From: an uncultured Planctomycetales bacterium
GTDB lineage: Bacteria > Omnitrophota > Gorgyraeia > Zapsychrales > Aceulaceae
Assembly: GCA_964648665.1 (NCBI GenBank)
Contig: CAZYOA010000004.1
Location: 52,894 to 116,893 of the forward strand
Direction: 5' to 3'
DNA length: 64,000 bases
The notes below the pieces were generated by a model that had not been told where the DNA came from, ran no database searches, and saw only the letters and a program-made list of their open reading frames with translations. The position numbers and the translations under genes are program-made. Positions 10,090-19,409 of this stretch are shown piece by piece. Position 1 is the stretch's first letter. The number at the start of each line of letters is the position of its first letter.

Positions 10090-10812
10090 ATGCGCATATC
10101 TATTGTTATTCCTGCATACAATGAACAAAAACGAATTGCAAAAACATTAAGTAAAATTTTTTATTATCTAAAGAAAGACAGTGTGGATGCTGAGGTCATT
10201 ATTGTTGACGACGGAAGCCGGGACGATACTTTCTTGATTGTAAATAGATTTAAAGATAAATATTCAAATATAATTATCTTAAGAAATGATAGCAATAAAG
10301 GAAAAGGATTTTCTGTTCGAAAAGGAGTTTTAGCTGCTCAAGGAGAATGCATTTTATTTATTGACGCAGACAATTCGACTCCGATTCAAGAAATGAGGAA
10401 GGTTGTTCCATTAATTTCAGATGGGAAATGTGATGTTGCGTTGGGATCGAGATCAATTGAAGGATCGAATGTGAAGCTCCGTCAGCCTTATTTTCGTATT
10501 CTTATGGGACGTGTGTTTAATTTATTTGTTAAGTGTTTGTTTTATCGAGACTTTAAAGATACACAATGTGGGTTTAAAGCATTTTCAAAAAAAGCTGCTC
10601 AAATTATTTTTGAACGCCAGACGATTGAGCGTTTTTCTTTTGATGTTGAAATCTTAGCGATTGCTAAAGTTCATAATTTTAAAATTCAACAAGTTCCCGT
10701 TGTTTGGGTGAATAATGCGCAAAGCCGAGTTAATCCACTGTTTGATTCAGCTCAAATGTTTATTGATTTGTTTGTTATTAAGATTAATTTATTAAGAAAG
10801 AAATATTTATAA
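10090..10812 (+). CDS. GT2 polyprenyl/dolichyl-phosphate glycosyltransferase
   Basis: VIPAYNE, VDDGSRD, NKGKG, DAD, DTQCGFK, FDVE. Confidence 0.9.
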   Translation: MRISIVIPAYNEQKRIAKTLSKIFYYLKKDSVDAEVIIVDDGSRDDTFLIVNRFKDKYSNIIILRNDSNKGKGFSVRKGVLAAQGECILFIDADNSTPIQEMRKVVPLISDGKCDVALGSRSIEGSNVKLRQPYFRILMGRVFNLFVKCLFYRDFKDTQCGFKAFSKKAAQIIFERQTIERFSFDVEILAIAKVHNFKIQQVPVVWVNNAQSRVNPLFDSAQMFIDLFVIKINLLRKKYL

Positions 10813-10830
10813 ACCAAAAAGGAAATTTAT

Positions 10831-11403
10831 ATGAAACATTTAATTATTTATAGTCATCCAAACCCTAAAAGCTTCAATCACGCTATTTTAGAAACATTTT
10901 CTGATGGACTTAGAGAAGCTGGGCATGATGTTGAAATTAGAGATCTTTACGAGACAGGATTTAATCCTGTTTTAAGTGTTCAAGATTTTGAGCTTATGAA
11001 TCAAAAAGCGTATGCTTTAGATGTTTCAGAGGAGCACGAATTTGTTCGTTGGGCAGATGTGGTTACGTTTATTTTTCCAGTTTGGTGGAATTCTACGCCG
11101 GCGATCACAAGAGGATATGTTGATCGTGTTTTTAGCGTTGGTTTTGCTTATGATGAAAAAGCTAAAGGGCTTTTGATGGGTAAAAAAGTATTGGTGATTT
11201 GTACTCTGAATGCGCCAGCTGTTGTTAGTGAGAAAACGGGTGCTTTTACGGCAATGAATTTTACGATCGGACAAAGCTTGGCAGATTTTTGTGCGATGAC
11301 ATTGATTGATCAGAAATATTTTAGTTCAGTGGCTTCCGCTAGCGATGATGATCGCAAAGCAATGCTTAAAGAGGTTTCAGAGATGGCGAGTGAGATAGAG
11401 TAG
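10831..11403 (+). CDS. NAD(P)H-dependent flavodoxin-fold oxidoreductase (quinone reductase family)
   Basis: SHPNPKSFN, DLY, FPVWW...P, DRVF..GFAY. Confidence 0.9.
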   Translation: MKHLIIYSHPNPKSFNHAILETFSDGLREAGHDVEIRDLYETGFNPVLSVQDFELMNQKAYALDVSEEHEFVRWADVVTFIFPVWWNSTPAITRGYVDRVFSVGFAYDEKAKGLLMGKKVLVICTLNAPAVVSEKTGAFTAMNFTIGQSLADFCAMTLIDQKYFSSVASASDDDRKAMLKEVSEMASEIE

Positions 11404-11404
11404 A

Positions 11405-12304
11405 ATGAGAAGAGTAATCCTTTTTTTAAGTATAATCTTTCTTTTGGCCGCAACATGTGTTTGGGCTGATGAAGTTTACTTAAAGAATGGTGACAAGTTG
11501 TCAGGAGACATTTTATCCGATACGGACCAAGATATTCAGATTCAATCTGAAGCTGTTGGTGTTATTGTTATTGAGAAACAGTTTATTGATAATATTATTA
11601 GTGATATAAAAGATCAAGAAAAAGATGTTCAAGCGGAAGAAGAAAAAGTACGCTGGGAGCGAAAGCTTTCGGCTGGGTATAGTTTTTCTCGAGGAAATAC
11701 TGATAAATCACAGATGACTGCGTCGCTTTCTTTGGATCGAAAGACTCAGCTAGATCAATGGACACTCAGAGGAAGATCATCGTATTCATCTGCAAATAAA
11801 AAGATGGATTCTCAAAAGTGGGATGCATCTGCGCGTTATGCATTTAGTTTTGGAAAAATCTTGAAAGCTTATAATTTTTATCGTTTTGAGGCTGATCATG
11901 ATCGATTTTCAAATATTCATTATCGATTGACTCCTTTTGCAGGTGTTGGTTATTGGTTTTTTGATCAACCAGATGTAAGGTGGAGAGGGGAGCTTGGGCT
12001 TGGTTTTGAACATACGAATTATCGAAATAATCAAAAGGATTCAAGCGAAGGAATTATTGTGCCTAGAATTTCTTCCGAATATACGCTTATTGGTGATTCG
12101 AAGTTGGCAAAAGATGTGTCTCTTTATTTGCCTTTTAATGATGTTAAGAGCTATCGCATAAAGGGCCAGGTTGATTTTATAAATCCAATTGATGAGTACT
12201 TGTCTTTTAAAATAAGCGTGATTGATGATTTTGATTCTAATCCAAGCGGTGGAACCAGCAAAAACGATCTTCGTTTTATTTCTTCTCTGGTGTATTCTTT
12301 TTAG
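11405..12304 (+). CDS. Outer-membrane beta-barrel, DUF481/YdiY-like
   Basis: Signal peptide, LKNGD.LSG N-domain, GNT motif, amphipathic strands, C-terminal YSF. Confidence 0.8.
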   Translation: MRRVILFLSIIFLLAATCVWADEVYLKNGDKLSGDILSDTDQDIQIQSEAVGVIVIEKQFIDNIISDIKDQEKDVQAEEEKVRWERKLSAGYSFSRGNTDKSQMTASLSLDRKTQLDQWTLRGRSSYSSANKKMDSQKWDASARYAFSFGKILKAYNFYRFEADHDRFSNIHYRLTPFAGVGYWFFDQPDVRWRGELGLGFEHTNYRNNQKDSSEGIIVPRISSEYTLIGDSKLAKDVSLYLPFNDVKSYRIKGQVDFINPIDEYLSFKISVIDDFDSNPSGGTSKNDLRFISSLVYSF

Positions 12305-12477
12305 TAGGTTCTTTTGTAATTCTATTATTTCCAATATGTTGCAGCAAAATTTCCATAAAAAAATAAAATCTTGATAAAATGTAGTTTTGATATAAAATAA
12401 AGAGCTTGTTTTTTTGTTAGAGATGTAATTGTTTGGCGTTATTAAAGATAAGATAAACTTACCTACAAGGGAGTACG

Positions 12478-14403
12478 ATGCTTTACGACATCAACGGAAT
12501 TAAGCACGGCGTTACACGTTTTGGAGAGCAAGATGCGCATTTTTTTAAAGAGGGTACGCATTATCGGCTTTATGATAAGCTAGGTTCTCATGAAATGGTG
12601 ATTGATGATCAGCAAGGGACATATTTTGCTGTTTGGGCTCCCAACGCAAGCTCAGTTCATGTTATTGGTGATTTTAATGGCTGGAACAAATCTAGTCATC
12701 CCTTGAGTGTGCGCTGGGATTCTTCTGGGGTTTGGGAAGGGTTTGTTCCTGGAGTTGTAAAGGGTGATGTTTATAAATACTATATTGCGTCAAAAGATAA
12801 CGGGTATTATGAAGATAAAAAAGATCCGTTTGCTTTTTATAATGAAATTTCTCCAAAAACGGCTTCCATTGTTTGGAATACAGATTATCGGTGGAAAGAT
12901 CAAGAGTGGATGAAAACTCGCCAGAAGAAAAATGGACTTGAGTCTCCAATGTCGATTTATGAAGTTCATCTTGGTTCTTGGCGGCGCGTTGTTGAAGAAT
13001 ATAATCGACCCTTAGATTACAAGGAAATGGCTGAAGAATTTGTCGCTTATGTTAAGGAGATGGGTTACACCCATGTTGAATTCCTGCCGGTTATGGAGCA
13101 TCCTTTTTATGGCTCATGGGGATATCAATCTACTGGATATTTCTCGCCAACTTCTCGATATGGCACGCCTCAAGATTTTATGCATTTAATTGATTGTTTG
13201 CATCAAAATGATATTGGTGTCATTTTGGATTGGGTTCCATCTCATTTTCCGTCGGATGTTCATGGCCTTTTTTATTTTGATGGAACGCATCTTTTTGAGC
13301 ATGCAGATCCTAAAAAAGGTTTTCATCCGGATTGGAAAAGCTATATTTTTAATCATAGTCGGGCCGAAGTAAAAGAATTTTTAATTTCAAGCGCTCTTTT
13401 TTGGTTAGATAAATATCATATTGATGGCATTCGCGTTGATGCAGTTGCTTCAATGTTGTATTTAGACTATTCGAGAGAAGAGGGTGAATGGATTCCAAAT
13501 CAATTTGGAGGCCGTGAAAATATTGAGGCGGTTGATTTCTTAAAAACGCTTAACACTGCTGTTTATCAAGATTTTCCTGATGTCCAAATGATTGCTGAAG
13601 AATCTACGGCATGGCAGGGTGTTTCACGTCCAGTTTCTCAAGGTGGACTTGGGTTTGGAATGAAATGGAACATGGGATGGATGCATGATGTTCTTTTGTA
13701 TTTCTCTAAAGATCCTGTTTTTAGGAAATATCACCATAACGATTTAACATTTAGCTTCTTATATACGTTTACAGAAAATTTTACTTTATCGCTTTCTCAT
13801 GACGAGGTTGTTCATGGGAAAGGATCACTTTTGGCAAAAATGCCTGGTGATGATTGGCAAAAATTTGCCAATATGAGACTTTTGTTGGGATATATGTTTG
13901 CTCATCCGGGCAAGAAACTTCTTTTTATGGGAGCCGAAATTGGACAATGGGCTGAGTGGAATCATGAAAAAAGTTTAGAATGGCATCTTTTGCAGTATTC
14001 GCCGCATCAAGGTTTGCAAAAATGGATGAAAGATCTTAATGCTGTTTACAAGAAAGAAGCAGCATTATTTGAAAAAGATTTTGTTCCCGAAGGATTCAAG
14101 TGGATTGATTGTAATGATTGGCAACAAGGAATTGTTAGCTTTGTAAGAACGGGACATGATTGGAACCAAAAAATTGTCGCTATTTGTAATTTTACGCCAG
14201 AAACACGTTTTGATTATCGCTTAGGTATGCCAGAAGCAGGAACATGGAAAGAAGTTTTAAATAGTGATGCAGAAGATTATGGTGGAAGCGGACAGGGTAA
14301 TTTTGGAAGAAAGAAAACAGAGTCAATACCGGCACATGGATGCCAAGATTCTTTTTCGATTACTGTGCCACCCTTAGGAATGCTTTTTCTTAAAAAAGTA
14401 TAG
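12478..14403 (+). CDS. glgB: 1,4-alpha-glucan branching enzyme (GH13)
   Basis: FAVWAPNA, YEVHLGSW, DWVPSHF, RVDAVASM, AEEST, SHDEVVHGK. Confidence 0.97.
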   Translation: MLYDINGIKHGVTRFGEQDAHFFKEGTHYRLYDKLGSHEMVIDDQQGTYFAVWAPNASSVHVIGDFNGWNKSSHPLSVRWDSSGVWEGFVPGVVKGDVYKYYIASKDNGYYEDKKDPFAFYNEISPKTASIVWNTDYRWKDQEWMKTRQKKNGLESPMSIYEVHLGSWRRVVEEYNRPLDYKEMAEEFVAYVKEMGYTHVEFLPVMEHPFYGSWGYQSTGYFSPTSRYGTPQDFMHLIDCLHQNDIGVILDWVPSHFPSDVHGLFYFDGTHLFEHADPKKGFHPDWKSYIFNHSRAEVKEFLISSALFWLDKYHIDGIRVDAVASMLYLDYSREEGEWIPNQFGGRENIEAVDFLKTLNTAVYQDFPDVQMIAEESTAWQGVSRPVSQGGLGFGMKWNMGWMHDVLLYFSKDPVFRKYHHNDLTFSFLYTFTENFTLSLSHDEVVHGKGSLLAKMPGDDWQKFANMRLLLGYMFAHPGKKLLFMGAEIGQWAEWNHEKSLEWHLLQYSPHQGLQKWMKDLNAVYKKEAALFEKDFVPEGFKWIDCNDWQQGIVSFVRTGHDWNQKIVAICNFTPETRFDYRLGMPEAGTWKEVLNSDAEDYGGSGQGNFGRKKTESIPAHGCQDSFSITVPPLGMLFLKKV

Positions 14404-14433
14404 AATTTTGTAGTTTTTTGAATAGAAATTCAC

Positions 14434-14462
14434 TTGACGAAATTTAAGTTTTGGTATACAAA
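14434..14462 (+). promoter_or_regulatory. Probable sigma70 promoter
   Basis: TTGACG-17 bp-TACAAA upstream of the CDS at 14514. Confidence 0.45.
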
Positions 14463-14513
14463 TATGGCGTTACTTTTTAGATTATTTAATTTTATATTAA
14501 TTAGGAGGGTAGG

Positions 14514-14906
14514 ATGAAAGGTAAGATTATTGAAACGGCTGGAAAAACTTGGAAAATTTTAGGTGAGAAAAAAGAAGTCAAGGTGACTGATCTTGCTAAG
14601 CTTGTTAAAGAAAAAGGTGAAGTTGTTTTTCAGTCTTTAGGGTGGCTTGCTCGAGAAGACAAAATTACTTATGTTTCTCGAAAGAATCAAACTTTTGTTT
14701 CTTTAATTGAGCCAGAGCTTGAATGTTTTCGTAGTTTTTTTCCACTGAAGACGACTCTGACTAAGAAAACAAAGGCAGTAAAAATAGATAAAAAAGTTAA
14801 AGCAGCGAAAATAATTAAAGCAGTGAAAGCTGTTAGAGCAACTAAGGTATCGATTAAGAAAGCTGTTAAATCAAGACTAAAAAAAGTTTTAAAAATTAAG
14901 AAATAA
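14514..14906 (+). CDS. DUF2582-like winged-helix protein with a Lys/Ala-rich histone-H1-like tail
   Basis: ETAGK.W...LGWLAREDKI signature; C-terminal KKTKAVKIDKKVKAAKIIKAVKAVRATK...; RBS AGGAGG. Confidence 0.75.
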   Translation: MKGKIIETAGKTWKILGEKKEVKVTDLAKLVKEKGEVVFQSLGWLAREDKITYVSRKNQTFVSLIEPELECFRSFFPLKTTLTKKTKAVKIDKKVKAAKIIKAVKAVRATKVSIKKAVKSRLKKVLKIKK

Positions 14907-14927
14907 TTTCTAAAACTTTTATTCTTA

Positions 14928-14976
14928 AAGCGACCACCGAGAGACATCGTAAGGCTTGGTGGTCGTTTGATTATTT
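14928..14976 (+). terminator. Strong hairpin, probable intrinsic terminator
   Basis: AAGCGACCACCGAG / CTTGGTGGTCGTTT 14-bp stem (2 G-U pairs) followed by a T-rich tail. Confidence 0.6.
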
Positions 14977-15016
14977 CTAATTTTGGTACTTGCAAGATAA
15001 GCAAACGGAGAAATTT

Positions 15017-17440
15017 TTGAATAAATACATTTGTCTTCATGGTCATTTTTATCAGCCTCCTCGAGAAAATCCTTGGCTAGAGGAAATCGAAAGCCAAGAT
15101 AGCGCTCTTCCTTTTCATGATTGGAACGAGCGTATTTCTTTTGAATGTTATTCCCGCAACTCTGCTTCACGTATTCTTAATAATAAAAAGAAGATTGTTG
15201 ATATTGTTAATAACTATTCCAAGATTAGTTTTAATTTTGGTCCTACGCTCTTGTCTTGGATGAAGAAAAAAGATCCTGAGACTTATCGAGATATTCTTTA
15301 CGCGGATCAACTAAGCCAACAAAATTTTTCTGGACACGGAAGTGCTATTGCACAAGTTTATAATCATATGATTATGCCGCTTGCTAATGAGCGTGATAAG
15401 CAGACACAAGTTATCTGGGGTATTCGAGATTTTGAGTATCATTTCAAGAGAAAGCCGGAAGGAATGTGGCTGGCAGAAACTGCTGTCGACATTAAAACTC
15501 TTGAAGTTTTAGCTGAGCATGATATTTCATTTACGATCTTAGCTCCTCATCAAGCAAAACGAGTAAAAAGAATACAGGATAAGAAGTGGATTGATCTTAA
15601 AGGTAGAGGCATTGATCCTAAAAAGGCCTACCTTTGTCGTCTACCTTCAGGAAAAAGTATAAATATTTTCTTTTATGACGGACCGATTGCTCAAGGCGTT
15701 GCTTTTGAAGGACTTTTAAAAAATGGAGAAGATTTTGCCCAGCGTCTTTTAGGTGCTTTTGATTCAAAGTCAGAAAAAGATCAGCTCGTTCATATTGCAA
15801 CGGATGGAGAAACGTATGGACATCATCATAAGTTTGCGGATATGGCGTTGGCATATTGTTTGCGATTAATTGAAAAAAAGAATTTAGCTAAGGTGACAAT
15901 TTATGGAGAATTTTTAGAGAAGTTTCCTCCGCGAGATGAAGTTGAGGTCTTAGAAAATACGTCGTGGAGTTGTGCTCATGGTATTGAGCGATGGCGGTCA
16001 GATTGCGGATGTTCAATGGGATCAAATCCAAAATGGAATCAAAAATGGCGACAAGGTTTAAGAGAATCGTTGGATTGGTTGCGCGATGAAGGAGTTAAAG
16101 TTTATGAACACCAGATGAGCGCATTTTCTAAAGATGTTTGGCACCTGCGAAATCAATACATCAATGTTGTTTTAAATCGAAATTCTAAGAATATTGAAGA
16201 ATTTTTAAAAGAAAATATTCAGAAGTCTTTATCTGACGAAGAAAAAATAAAAATATTAAAGTTGCTTGAGTTACAGCGTAATAGCATGTTTATGTATACG
16301 AGTTGTGGGTGGTTTTTTGATGAGGTATCAGGCATTGAGCCAACTCAGATCCTTAAATATGCGGCTCGCTCTATTCAGTTGATCGAAGAGATTTCTGGCA
16401 ATAAAGTTGAGGGTCAATTTTTAAGTCTTTTAGAGAAGATAAAAAGCAATATTCCAGAGGTTGGAAATGCAAAGAATATTTATACTAAGAATGTAAAGCC
16501 GTTTGTTGTTGATCTTTTTCGTGTCGGAGCACATTATGCTGTTTCGTCATTATTTGAGAAATATCCTAAAGAAACACAGATTTATTGTTATACAATTCGA
16601 ACAGAAAAATCTCATCAGCAAGAAGATGATCGTCTTAAATTATCGATTGGATATGGAACTGTTAGATCTGATATTACGCTTGAAGAAACTCCTATCTTTT
16701 TTGCAGGATTTCATCTTGGAAATCATAATATTATTCGAGGCGTTAGACAGCTTTTGCAGGGAGAGTTTGAGCAAGCTGAGAAAGAAATTTTAGATGCTTT
16801 TGCGGCTAAGAAAATTCCTGAAACTACGCGATTGATTGATAAGTATTATGGACCAGAAAATTATTCGCTAGAGCATTTGTTTAAAGAAGAACAACAAAAG
16901 ATATTAGATGAAGTCTTGAAAACAACTATGGATGAGATTGAGGGTTCTTTTAGAGAAATTTATGAAAAACATCATCCTTTGATGCAAGTTCAAAAAGAGC
17001 TTCAAGTTACGCTACCTAAAGCTCTTTCGACAATTGCCGAATTTGTTTTAAACCGAGATTTGTCTGAAGTTATCCAGGCTGATCCTATTGATTTGAAACG
17101 TTTACGAATGTTAGTCTGGGAGATTAAGAGATGGTCGTTTTCTAGAGACAAGCAGTTGATTTGTTTTATTGCAGGACGCAGAATTGATGGATTGATGAAG
17201 CAGCTAGTTCGCGATCCAGATGAAATTTCTTTTATTGAAATGTTAAGTTCGATTGTTGAAAGTTTAAATATTTTAAATTATAATTTAGATTTATGGAAAG
17301 CTCAAAATATGTACATTATTTTGAGTCGAAAATTATTAAAAGATAAAAAATCTCGAGCACAAAGAGCAGATGAACGGGCTAAATCTTGGGTTGAGGCTTT
17401 TGAGCTTTTAGGTAAATTTTTACAAGTTGAAATAGGATAA
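15017..17440 (+). CDS. Glycoside hydrolase family 57 protein with DUF3536
   Basis: HGHFYQPPRENPW, GMWLAETA, ATDGETYGHH, SWSCAHG, MYTSCGWFFD. TTG at 15017 follows GGAG and is preferred over 14990. Confidence 0.9.
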   Translation: MNKYICLHGHFYQPPRENPWLEEIESQDSALPFHDWNERISFECYSRNSASRILNNKKKIVDIVNNYSKISFNFGPTLLSWMKKKDPETYRDILYADQLSQQNFSGHGSAIAQVYNHMIMPLANERDKQTQVIWGIRDFEYHFKRKPEGMWLAETAVDIKTLEVLAEHDISFTILAPHQAKRVKRIQDKKWIDLKGRGIDPKKAYLCRLPSGKSINIFFYDGPIAQGVAFEGLLKNGEDFAQRLLGAFDSKSEKDQLVHIATDGETYGHHHKFADMALAYCLRLIEKKNLAKVTIYGEFLEKFPPRDEVEVLENTSWSCAHGIERWRSDCGCSMGSNPKWNQKWRQGLRESLDWLRDEGVKVYEHQMSAFSKDVWHLRNQYINVVLNRNSKNIEEFLKENIQKSLSDEEKIKILKLLELQRNSMFMYTSCGWFFDEVSGIEPTQILKYAARSIQLIEEISGNKVEGQFLSLLEKIKSNIPEVGNAKNIYTKNVKPFVVDLFRVGAHYAVSSLFEKYPKETQIYCYTIRTEKSHQQEDDRLKLSIGYGTVRSDITLEETPIFFAGFHLGNHNIIRGVRQLLQGEFEQAEKEILDAFAAKKIPETTRLIDKYYGPENYSLEHLFKEEQQKILDEVLKTTMDEIEGSFREIYEKHHPLMQVQKELQVTLPKALSTIAEFVLNRDLSEVIQADPIDLKRLRMLVWEIKRWSFSRDKQLICFIAGRRIDGLMKQLVRDPDEISFIEMLSSIVESLNILNYNLDLWKAQNMYIILSRKLLKDKKSRAQRADERAKSWVEAFELLGKFLQVEIG

Positions 17441-17441
17441 G

Positions 17442-18938
17442 ATGAAATTGAACAAAAGATCTAGTGGTATTTTGCTTCACATTACGTCGCTGCCGTCACT
17501 TTATGGGATAGGGGATCTTGGTTCAGGTGCGTATCAATTTGTTGATTTTCTTAAAGAAAGCAAACAAGCATATTGGCAAATTCTTCCTTTGAATCCAACA
17601 GACATTGCTCTTGCTAATTCTCCGTATAGTAGTTGTTCGGCTTTTGCTGGGAATGTTCTTTTGATTAGTCCTGAATTTCTTGTTCGAGATGGATTTCTTA
17701 AAAAAGAGGATATTCCTCTAAAGGATTTCTCAAGCGATTCAGTTGATTATTTTTCCGTTGCCATGCATAAGGTTGATGTTCTTTATAAAGCTTTTCAGAA
17801 TGTAAAGAAAGAAATTTCTTCTGATAAAAAGTTCTTAGATTTTTGTTCTAAGAATAAATCTTGGCTCGATGATTATGGGCTTTTTATTGCTCTTAAAGAA
17901 AAATTTGAAGGAGCGGGATGGTGTCAATGGCCTGATGATATCCGTCAAAGAGATCCTCGGGTGATTGAAAAGTATCGAGCGAAATTAAGTGAGTCGATTT
18001 TAAGAGAAACTTTTTTTCAATATCTTTTTTATTCTCAATGGAAAGAGTTAAAGAAATATTGTAATAAAAAAGAAATTCAAATCATCGGAGATGTTCCTAT
18101 TTATGTTCAACACGATAGCGCTGATGTTTGGGCAAATAAGAAATTCTTTAAGCTTGATAAAAATGGAGAATGTAAATTTTTAGCGGGAGTTCCGCCAGAT
18201 TACTTTAGTGAGACAGGGCAGCTCTGGGGAAATCCTGTATATTGTTGGGATGCCTTAAAATTAGATGGATATGATTGGTGGAAAAAACGATTAAAACATA
18301 ATTTTGAATGTTTTGATTTGGTGCGCATTGATCACTTCAGAGGCTTTGTTGCCTTTTGGGAAGTTCCCAAAGGAGAAAAGACGGCAATTAAGGGAGCGTG
18401 GTCTAAGGTTAATGTATATGACTTTTTTGATGAATTATTAGATTATTTTGAAGATTTTCCAATTATTGCTGAAGATTTAGGTGTGATTACCGATGATGTT
18501 AAGCAAGTTATCAAGAGATATCGTTTTCCGGGAATGAAAATCTTGCAATTTGCTTTTGATGGGAAACAAGATAACCCATATTTGCCTAAAAATCATATAA
18601 AGAATTGTATTGCTTATACAGGAACGCACGATAACAATACAACTAAAGGTTGGTTTCGCCAGGAAGCCAATAATGAAATAAAACAACAGATTTGTGATCT
18701 TGGTGGTCAAAAGGTTGCAGAAGAAAATATTTCTGAAATTTTTATGAATTTAGCTATGAATTCAGTTGCTAATACTGTTATTTTTCCTCTTCAAGATGTC
18801 TTGAATTTAGATGAATCTGCTCGAATGAATCAACCTTCGACTATAAAAGCTAACTGGCAGTGGCGTTTCACTTTTTCAACTATTACTCCTCTTTTAAAGA
18901 AAAAACTCTCCAGTTCTTGTTCTGCCTGTCATCGATAA
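17442..18938 (+). CDS. malQ: 4-alpha-glucanotransferase (GH77)
   Basis: GILLHITSLP, GVPPDYFSETGQLWGNP, RIDHFRG, AEDLG, YTGTHDN. Confidence 0.97.
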   Translation: MKLNKRSSGILLHITSLPSLYGIGDLGSGAYQFVDFLKESKQAYWQILPLNPTDIALANSPYSSCSAFAGNVLLISPEFLVRDGFLKKEDIPLKDFSSDSVDYFSVAMHKVDVLYKAFQNVKKEISSDKKFLDFCSKNKSWLDDYGLFIALKEKFEGAGWCQWPDDIRQRDPRVIEKYRAKLSESILRETFFQYLFYSQWKELKKYCNKKEIQIIGDVPIYVQHDSADVWANKKFFKLDKNGECKFLAGVPPDYFSETGQLWGNPVYCWDALKLDGYDWWKKRLKHNFECFDLVRIDHFRGFVAFWEVPKGEKTAIKGAWSKVNVYDFFDELLDYFEDFPIIAEDLGVITDDVKQVIKRYRFPGMKILQFAFDGKQDNPYLPKNHIKNCIAYTGTHDNNTTKGWFRQEANNEIKQQICDLGGQKVAEENISEIFMNLAMNSVANTVIFPLQDVLNLDESARMNQPSTIKANWQWRFTFSTITPLLKKKLSSSCSACHR

Positions 18939-18987
18939 ATTTTTTATAGATTATATTTATTAATATTTATATTTAATTAATTATAAG

Positions 18988-19015
18988 TTGAAAACATTGC
19001 TTTTCACGGTACAAT
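18988..19015 (+). promoter_or_regulatory. Probable promoter of the chemosensory operon
   Basis: TTGAAA-16 bp-TACAAT with an AT-rich upstream region. Confidence 0.5.
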
Positions 19016-19034
19016 AAAACACAAGGAGCGTATT

Positions 19035-19409
19035 ATGTATAAAATTCTTTTTGTTGAAGATGACGTCGATTTTTTAGCGGTTATGCAAAAACGATTAACC
19101 GAACAAGGATATCAAGTTCTTGCTGTTTCTGATTGTTTTAGTGCTACTCAGCTTGCTCATAGCGAGAAGCTGGATGTTATTATTTTAGATTTAAAAATTC
19201 CAGGTGGTGGAGGAGTTAATACGCTTAAGAATTTGAAAATTTCTGTTCATACAAGCGGCATTCCGGTTATTATTTCAACAGCGTCAGATGATCCAGAAGA
19301 AAAAAAGGTTGTTTTAGCTCAAAATCCATCGGCTTATTTAGAAAAACCATACGATTCTGAACTTTTAATAAAAACCATTGAAGAGATAATGTCAAATAAG
19401 CATGAGTAA
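19035..19409 (+). CDS. Single-domain response regulator
   Basis: VEDD, ILD, STA, EKP receiver motifs. Confidence 0.9.
   Translation: MYKILFVEDDVDFLAVMQKRLTEQGYQVLAVSDCFSATQLAHSEKLDVIILDLKIPGGGGVNTLKNLKISVHTSGIPVIISTASDDPEEKKVVLAQNPSAYLEKPYDSELLIKTIEEIMSNKHE

Noticed and set aside
14928-14968. Hairpin as an ANTAR site or riboswitch
   Set aside because: 13-nt loop without a C-G-closed A1/G4 hexaloop and no aptamer features; treated as a terminator.
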